The notes under the pieces are model-generated. The model saw only the letters and a list, made by a program, of their open reading frames with translations, did not search any database and had not been told where the DNA came from. DNA of 64,000 bases, taken from assembly GCF_009914755.1 (NCBI RefSeq), contig NC_060938.1; one strand, 5' to 3'. Source of the DNA: the human T2T-CHM13v2.0 reference genome, Homo sapiens. Shown here piece after piece: positions 42,850 to 52,100 of this stretch; positions within the stretch are counted from its first letter, which is position 1, and every line of letters begins with the position of its first letter. Position numbers and translations under genes: made by a program.

Positions 42850-43191
42850 GAAAGGGAATATTCAACTCTGTGACTTGAATGCACATATCACAAGGAAGTT
42901 TCTGAGAATGCTTCTGTCGAGATTTTATATGAAGATATTCTCGTTTACAACGAAATCCTGAAATCTATCCAAATATCCCCTCGCAGATTCTACAAAAAGA
43001 GTGTTTCAAAACTGCTCTGTGAAAGGGAATATTCAACTCTGTGACTTGAATGCAGATATCACAAAGAAGTTTCTGAGAATGCTTCTGTCGAGATTTTATA
43101 TGAAGATATCCCCGTTTCCAATGAAATCCTGAAATCTATCCAAATATCCCCTCGCAGATTCTACAAAAAGAGTGTTTCAAAACTGCTCTGT
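42850..43191 (-). repeat. Single-monomer (171-bp) tandem duplication producing a 9-mer HOR of 1,535 bp
   Basis: After ACTGCTCTGT (43020) the sequence returns to GAAAGGGAATATTC..., already seen at 42850. HOR marker spacing 41826->43361 is 1,364+171. Confidence 0.93.
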
Positions 43192-46100
43192 AAAAAGAAA
43201 GGTTCAACTCTGTTAGTTGAGTACACACATCACAAACAAGTTTCACAGAATGCTTCTTTCTAGCTTGTAGGGGAAGATATTTCCTTTATCACCATCATCC
43301 TCAAACCATCCGAATCGTCCACTGCCATATACTAAAAAAAGAGTGTTTGAAACCTGCTCTATGAAAGGCAATGTTCAACTCTGTGACTTGAATGCAGACA
43401 TCACAGAGCAGTTTCTGAGAATGCTTCTCTCCAGACTTTATAGGAAGATATTCCCGTTTAAAACGAAATCTTCACAGCTATCCAAATATCCACTTGCAGA
43501 TACTACAAAAAGAGTGTATCAAAAGTGCTCTGTCAAAAGGAAAGTTCTTCTCTGCTAGTTGAGTACATACGTCATAAAGAAGTTTCTGAGAATGTTTCTG
43601 TCTAGTGGTTATGGGAGATATTTGCTTTTTCCCCGTAGGCCTCAAAGCGCTCCAATTGTCCACTTGCACATACCACAAAAAGAGTTCTTCAAAGCTGCAC
43701 TCTGAAATGGAATGTTCAACTCTATGAGTTGAATGCAAACATCACAAAGCCGTTTCTGAGAATGCTTCTGTCTAGATTTGATATGAAGATATTCCCGTTT
43801 CCAACGAAATCTTCAAATCTATCCAAATGTCCACTTGCAGATTCAACAAAGTGTTTTTCAAAACTGCTGTATCAAAAGAAAGATCCACCTCTGTTAGCTG
43901 AGTTCACACTTCACAAGCAAGTTTATCAGAAAGCTTCTGTCTAGTTTTTATTTGAAGATATATCCTTTCTCACTATATACCTGAAAGCTCTCTTAAAGTT
44001 CACTTCCAGATACTACAGAAAGAGTGTTTCAAAACTGCTGTATGAAAGGGAATGTTCAACTCTGTGACTTGAATGCACACATCACAAAGAAGTTTCTGAG
44101 GATGCTGCTGTCTACTTTTTCTACGTAATCCTGTTTCCAACGAAATCTTCGAAGCTATCCAAATATCCACTTGCAGATTCCACAGAAAGACTGTTTCAAA
44201 CCTGCTCTGTCAATAGAAAGGTTCAACTCTGTTAGCTACGTGCATATATCCCAAAGAAGATTCTGAGATTGCTTCTGTCTAGTTTTTATGGGAAGATATT
44301 TCCCTTCTCACCATAGGCGTCAAGGCGCTCCAAAAGTCCACTTCTAGATACTACAAAAAGAGTGTTTCAAACCTACTCTGTGAAAGGGAATATTCAACTC
44401 TGTGACTTCAATGCAGATATCACCAAGAAGTTTCTGAGAATGCTTCTGTCGAGATTTTATATGAAGATATTCCCGTTGCCAACGAAATCCTGAAATCTAT
44501 CCAAATATCCCCTCGCAGATTCTACAAAAAGAGTGTTTCAAAACTGCTCTGTAAAAAGAAAGGTTCAACTCTGTTAGTTGAGTACACACATCACAAACAA
44601 GTTTCACAGAATGCTTCTTTCTAGCTTGTAGGGGAAGATATTTCCTTTATCACCATGGTTCTCAAACCGTCCGAAACGTCCACTTCCATATACTAAAAAA
44701 AGAGTGTTTGAAACCTGCTCTATGAAAGGCAATGTTCAACTCTGTCACTTGAATGCAGACATCACAGAGCAGTTTCTGAGAATGCTTCTGTCCAGACTTT
44801 ATAGGAAGATATTCCCGTTTCCAACGAAATCTTCACAGATATCCAAATATCCACTTGCAGATAGTACAAAAAGAGTGTATCAAAAATGCTCTGTCAAAAG
44901 GAAAGTTCTTCTCTGCTAGTTGAGTACATACGTCATAAAGAAGTTTCTGAGAATGTTTCTGTCTAGTGCTTATGGGAAGATATTTGCTTTTTCCCCGTAG
45001 GCCTCAGAGCGCTCCAAATGTCCACTTGCGCATGCTACAAAAAGAGTGCTTCAAAGCTGCTCTCTGAAACGGAATGTTCAACTCTATGAGTTGAATGCAA
45101 ACATCACAAAGATGTTTCTGAGAATGCTTCTGTCTAGATTTGATATGAAGATATTCCCGTTTCCAACGAAATCTTCAAATCTATCCAAATGTCCACTTGC
45201 AGATTCAACAAAGTGTTTTTCAAAACTGCTGTATCAAAAGAAAGATCCACCTGTGTTAGCTGAGTTCACACTTCACAAACAAGTTTATCAGAATTCTTCT
45301 GTCTAGTTTTTATTTGAAGATATTTCCTTTCTCACCATAGACCTGAAAGCTCTCCTAATGTTCACTTCCAGATACTACAGAAAGAGTGTTTCAAAACTGC
45401 TGTATGAAAGGGAATGTTCAACTCTGTGACTTGAATGCACACATCACAAAGAAGTTTCTGAGGATGCTGCAGTCTACTTTTTATACGTAATCCCGTTTCC
45501 AAAGAAAACCTCCAAGCTATCCAAATATCCACTTGCAGATTCCACAGAAAGACTGTTTCAAAACTGCTCTGTCAATAGAAAGGTTCAACTCTGTTAACTC
45601 CGTGCATATATCCCAAAGAAGATTCTGAGATTGCTTCTGTCTAGTTTTTATGGGAAGATATTTCCCTTTACACCGTAGGCGTCAAGGCGCTCCAAATGTC
45701 CACTTCCAGATACTACAAAAGAGTGTTCCAATCCTACTCTGTGAAAGGGAATATTCAACTCTGTGACTTGAATGCAGATATCACAAAGAAGTTTCTGAGA
45801 ATGCTTCTGTCGAGATTTTATATGAAGATATTCCCGTTTCCAAAGAAATCCTGGAATCTATCCAAATATCCCCTCGCAGATTCTACAAAAAGAGTGTTTC
45901 AAAACTGCTCTGTAAAAAGAAAGCTTCAACTCTGTTAGTTGAGTACACACATCACAAACAAGTTTCACAGAATGCTTCTTTCTAGCTTGTAGGGGAAGAT
46001 ATTTCCTTTATCACCATGGTCCTCAAAATGTCCGAAACGTCCACTTCCATAAACTAAAAAAAGAGTGTTTGAAACCTGCTCTATGAAAAGCAATGTTCAA

Positions 46101-49100
46101 CTCTGTGACTTGAATGCAGACATCACAGAGCAGTTTCTGAGAATGCTTCTGTCCAGACTTTATAGGAAGATATTCCCGTTTCCAACGAAATCTTCACAGC
46201 TATCCAAATATCCACTTGCAGATACTACAAAAAGAGTGTATCAAAAATGCTCTGTCAAAAGGAAAGTTCTTCTCTGCTAGTTGAGTACATACGTCATAAA
46301 GAAGTTTCTGAGAATGTTTCTGTCTAGGGGTTATGAGAAGATACTTGCTTTTTCCCCGTAGGCCTCAGAGCGCTCCAAATGTCAACTTGCACATGCTACA
46401 AAAAGAGTGCTTCAAAGCTGCTCTCTGAAGCGGAATGTTCAACTCTATGAGTTGAATGCAAACATCACAAAGACGTTTCTGAGAATGCTTCTGTCTAGAT
46501 TTGATATGAAGATATTCCCGTTTCCAACGAAATCTTCAAATCTATCCAAATGTCCACTTGCAGATTCAACAAAATGTTTTTCAAAACTGCTGTATCAAAA
46601 GAAAGATCCACCTGTGTTAGCTGAGTTCACACTTCACAAACAAGTTTATCAGTATTCTTCTGTCTAGTTTTTATTTGAAGATATATCCTTTCTCACTATA
46701 GACCTGAAAGCTCTCCTAATGTTCACTTCCAGATACTACAGAAAGAGTGTTTCAAAACTGCTGTACGAAAGGGAAAGTTCAACTCTGTGACTTGAATGCA
46801 CACATCACAAGGAAGTTTCTGAGGATGCTGCTGTCTAATTTTTATACGTAATCCCGTTTCCAACGAAATCCTCCAAGCTATCCAAATATCCACTTGCAGA
46901 TTCCACAGAAAGACTGTTTCAAAACTGCTCTGTCAATAGAAAGGTTCAACTCTGTTAGCTGCGTGCATATATCCCAAAGAAGATTCTGAGATTGCTTCTG
47001 TCTAGTTTTTATGGGAAGATATTTCCCTTTTCACCGTAGGTGTCAAGGCGCTCCAAATGTCCACTTCCAGATACTACAAAAAGAGTGTTTCAAACCTACT
47101 CTGTCAAAGGGAATATTCAACTCTGTGACTTGAATGCACATATCACAAAGAAGTTTCTGAGAATGCTTCTGTCGAGATTTTATATGAAGATATGCCCGTT
47201 TCCAACGAAATCCTGAAATCTATCCAAATATCCCCTCGCAGATTCTACAAAAAGAGTGTTTCAAAACTGCTCTGTAAAAAGAAAGGTTCAACTCTGTTAG
47301 TTGAGTACACACATCACAAACAAGTTTCACAGAATGCTTCTTTCTACCTTCTAGGGGAAGATATTTCCTTTATCACCATGGGCCTCAAACCGTCCGAAAC
47401 GTCCACTTCCATATACTAAAAAAAGAGTGCTTGAAACCTGCTCTATGAAAGGCAATGTTCAACTCTGTGACATGAAAGCAAACATCACAGAGCAGTTTCT
47501 GAGAATGCTTCTGTCCGGACTTTATAGGAAGATATTCCCGATTCCAACGAAATCTTCACAGCTATCCAAATATCCACTTGCAGATACTACAAAAAGAGTG
47601 TATCAAAAATGCTCTGTCAAGAGGACAGTTCTTCTCTGCTAGTTCAGTACATACGTCATAAAGAAGTTTCTGAGAATGTTTCTGTCTAGTGGTTATGGGA
47701 AGATATTTGCTTTTTCCCCGTAGGCCTCAGAGCGCTCCAAATATCCAGTTGCACATACTACAAAAAGAGTGCTTCAAAGCTGCTCTCTGAAACGGAATGT
47801 TCAACTCTATGAGTTGAATGCAAACATCACAAAGACGTTTCTGAGAATGCTTCTGTCTAGATTTGATATGAAGATATTCCCGTTTCCAACGAAATCTTCA
47901 AATCTATCCAAATGTCCACTTGCAGATTCAACAAAAAGTGTTTTTCAGAACTGCTCTATCAAAAGAAAGATCCACCTCTGTTAGCTGAGTTCACACATCA
48001 CAAACAAGTTTATGAGAATGCTTCTGTCTAGTTTTTATTTGAAGATATTTCCTTTCTCACCATAGACCTGAAAGCTGTCCTAATGTTCACTTCCAGATAC
48101 TACAGAAAGAGTGTTTCAAAACTGCTGTACGAAAGGGAATGTTCAACTCTGTGACTTGAATGCACACATCAAAAAGAAGTTTCTGAGGATGCTGCTGTCT
48201 ACTTTTTATACGTAATCCCGTTTCCAACGAAATCCTCCAAGCTATCCAAATATCCACTTGCAGATTCCACAGAAAGACTGTTTCAAAACTGCTCTGTCAA
48301 TAGAAAGGTTCAACTCTGTTAGCTGCGTGCATATATCCCAAAGAAGATTCTGAGATTGCTTCTGTCTAGTTTTTATGGGAAGATATTTCCCTTTTCACCG
48401 TAGGCGTCAAGGCGCTCCAAATGTCCACTTCCAGATACTTCAAAAAGAGTGTTTCAAACCTACTCTGTGAAAGGGAATATTCAAGTCTGTGACTTGAATG
48501 CACATATCACAAGGAAGTTTCTGAGAATGCTTCTGTCGAGATTTTATATGAAGATATTCCCGTTTCCAACGAAATGCTGAAATGTATCCAAATATCCCCT
48601 CGCAGATTCTACAAAAAGAGTGTTTCAAAACTGCTCTGTAAAAAGAAAGGTTCAACTCTGTTAGTTGAGTACACACATCACAAACAAGTTTCACAGAATG
48701 CTTCTTTCTAGCTTGTAGGGGAAGATATTCCCTTTATCACCATGGGCCTCAAACCGTCCGAAAAGTCCACTTCCATATACTACAAAAAGAGCGTTTCAAA
48801 CCTGCTCTATGAAAGGCAATGTTCAACTCTGTGACTTGAATGCAGACATCACAGAGCAGTTTCTGAGAATGCTTCTGTCTAGATTTTATAGGAAGATATT
48901 CCCGTTTCCAACGAAATCTTCACAGCTATCCAAATATCCACTTGCAGATTCTACAAAAAGAGTGTATCAAAACTGCTCTGTCAAAAGGAAGGTTCTTTTC
49001 TGTTAGGTGAGTGCATACGTCATAAAGGAGTTTCTGAGAATGTTTCTGTCTAGTGGTTATGGGAAGATATTTGCTTTTTCCCCGTAGGCCTCAGAGCGCT

Positions 49101-52100
49101 CCAAATGTCCACTTGCACATGCTACGAAAAGAGTGCTTCAAAGCTGCTCTCTGAAACGGAATGTTCAACTCTATGAGTTGAATGCAAACATCACAAAGAC
49201 GTTTCTGAGAATGCTTCTGTCTAGATTTGATATGAAGATATTCCCGTTTCCAACGAAATATTCAAATCTATCCAAATGTCCACTTGCAGATTCAACAAAA
49301 AGTGTTTTTCAAAACTGCTATATCAAAAGAAAGATCCACGTCTGTTAGCTGAGTTCACACATCACAAACAAGTTTATGAGAATGCTTCTGTCTAGTTTTT
49401 ATTTGAAGACATTTCCTTTCTCACCATAGACCTGAAAGCTGTCCTAATGTTCACTTCCAGATACTACAGAAAGAGTGTTTCAAAACTGCTGTACGAAAGG
49501 GAATGTTCAACTCTGTGACTTGAATGCACACATCACAAAGAAGTTTCTGAGGATGCTGCTGTCTACTTTTTATACGTAATCCCGTTTCCAACGAAATCCT
49601 CCATGCTATCCAAATACCCACTTGCAGATTCCACAGAAAGACTGTTTCAAAACTGCTCTGTCAATAGAAAGGTTCAACTCTGTTAGCTGTGTGCATATAT
49701 CACAAAGAAAATTCTGAGATTTCTTCTGTCTAGTTTTTATGGGAAGATATTTCCCTTTTCACCGTAGGCGTCAAGGCGCTCCAAATGTCCACTTCCAGAT
49801 ACTACAAAAAGAGTGTTTCAAACCGACTCTGTGAAAGGGAATATTCAACTCTGTTACTTGAATGCAGATATCACAAAGAAGTTTCTGAGAATGCTTCTGT
49901 CGTGATTTTATATGAAGATATTCCCGTTTCCAACGAAATCCTGAAATCTATCCAAATATCCCCTCGCAGATTCTACAAAAAGAGTGTTTCAAAACTGCTC
50001 TGTAAAAAGAAAGGTTCAACTCTGTTAGTTGAGTACACACATCACAAACAAGTTTCACAGAATGCTTCTTTCTACCTGGTAGGGGAAGATATTCCCTTTA
50101 TCACCATGGGCCTCAAACCGTCCGAAACGTCCACTTCCATATACTACAAAAAGAGCGTTTCAAACCTGCTCTATGAAAGGCAATGTTCAACTCTGTGACT
50201 TGAATGCAGACATCACAGAGCAGTTTCTGAGAATGCTTCTGTCTAGATTTTATAGGAAGATATTCCCCTTTCCAACGAAATCTTCACAGCTATCCAAATA
50301 TCCACTTGCAGATTCTACAAAAAGAGTGTATCAAAACTGCTCTGTCAAAAGGAAGGTTCTTCTCTGTTAGGTGAGTGCATACGTCATAAAGGAGTTTCTG
50401 AGAATGTTTCTGTCTAGTGGTTATGGGAAGATATTTGCTTTTTCACCATAGGCCTCAGAGCGCTCCAAATATCCACTTGCACATACTACAAAAAGAGTGC
50501 TTCAAAGCTGCTCTCTGAAAGGGAATGTTCAACTCTATGAGTTGAATGCTAACATCACAAAGACGTTTCTGAGAATGCTTCTGTCTAGATTTGATATGAA
50601 GATATTCCCGTTTCCAACGAAATCTTCTAATCTATCCAAATGTGCACTTGCAGATTCAACAAAAAGTGTTTTTCAGAACTGCTCTATCAAAAGAAAGATC
50701 CACCTCTGTTAGCTGAGTTCACACATCACAAACAAGTTTACGAGAATGCTTCTGTCTAGTTTTTATTTGAAGATATTTCCTTTCTCACCATAGACCTGAA
50801 AGCTGTCCTAATGTTCACTTCCAGATACTACAGAAAGAGTGTTTCAAAACTGCTGTACGAAAGGGAATGTTCAACTCTGTGACTTGAATGCACACATCAC
50901 AAAGAAGTTTCTGAGGATGCTGCTGTCTACTTTTTATACGTAATCCCGTTTCCAACGAAATCCTCCAAGCTATCCAAATATCCACTTGCAGATTCCACAG
51001 AAAGACTGTTTCAAAACTGCTCTGTCAATAGAAAAGTTCAACTCTGTTAGCTGTGTCCATATATCCCAAAGAAGATTCTGAGATTGCTTCTGTCTAGTTT
51101 TTATGGGAAGATATTTCCCTTTTCACCGTAGGTGTCAAGGCGCTCCAAATGTCCACTTCCAGATACTACAAAAAGATTGTTTCAAACCTACTCTGTGAAA
51201 GGGAATATTCAACTCTGTGACTTGAATGCAGATATCACAAAGAAGTTTCTGAGAATGCTTCTGTCGAGATTTTATATGAAGATATTCCCGTTCCCAACGA
51301 AATCTTGAAATCTATCCAAATACCCCTCGCAGATTCTACAAAAAGAGTGTTTCAAAACTGCTCTGTAAAAGAAAGGTTCAACTCTGTTAGTTGAGTACAC
51401 ACATCACAAACAAGTTTCACACAATGCTTCTTTCTAGCTTGTAGGGGAAGATATTTCCTTTATCACCATGGGCCTTAAACCGTCCGAAACGTCCACTTCC
51501 ATATACTAAAAAAAGAGTGTTTGAAACCTGCTCTATGAAAGGCAATGTTCAACTCTGTGACTTGAATGCAGACATCACAGAGCAGTTTCTGAGAATGCTT
51601 CTGTCCAGACTTTATAGGAAGATATTCCCGATTCCAACGAAATCTTCACATCTATCCAAATATCCACTTGCAGATACTACAAAAAGAGTGTATCAAAAAA
51701 GCTCTGTCAAAAGGAAAGTTCTTTTCTGCTAGTTGAGTACATACGTCATAAAGAAGTTTCTGAGAATGTTTCTGTCTAGTTGTTATGGGAAGATATTTGC
51801 TTTTTCCCCGTAGGCCTCAGAGCGCTCCAAATGTCCACTTGAACATACTACAAAAAGAGTGCTTCAAAGCTGCTCTCTGAAAGGGAATGTTCAACTCTAT
51901 GAGTTCAATGCAAACATCACAAAGACGTTTCTGAGAATGCTTCTGTCTAGATTTGTTATGAAGATATACCCGTTTCCAACGAAATCTTCAAATCTATGCA
52001 AATGTCCACTTGCAGATTCAACAAAGTGTTTTTCAAAACTGCTGTATCAAAAGAAAGATCCACCTGTGTTAGCTGAGTTCACACTTCACAAACAAGTTTA

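Larger units (their letters stand above)
1..43020 (-). repeat. Homogeneous HOR domain 1 (~31.5 canonical 8-mers)
   Basis: Period is exactly 1,364 bp from 914 to 41,826, except two 1,360-bp units (17282->18642 and 20006->21366). Copies differ mainly at a small set of recurrent biallelic sites. Confidence 0.93.

Noticed and set aside
11281-43020. Exact 30,000-bp offset between similar blocks suggesting an artificial construct
   Set aside because: It equals 22x1364 minus the two 4-bp deletions, and the copies differ at private SNVs (e.g. 11623, 12128). The round number is a coincidence.
49785-50198. Longest ORF (137 aa)
   Set aside because: It arises from private SNVs removing stop codons in an off-frame satellite translation, and the peptide repeats internally with the monomer period.
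45710-51375. Isolated 1-bp deletions at ~45720, ~51322 and ~51370
   Set aside because: They are singletons in or next to homopolymer runs and cannot be told apart from sequencing error without reads.
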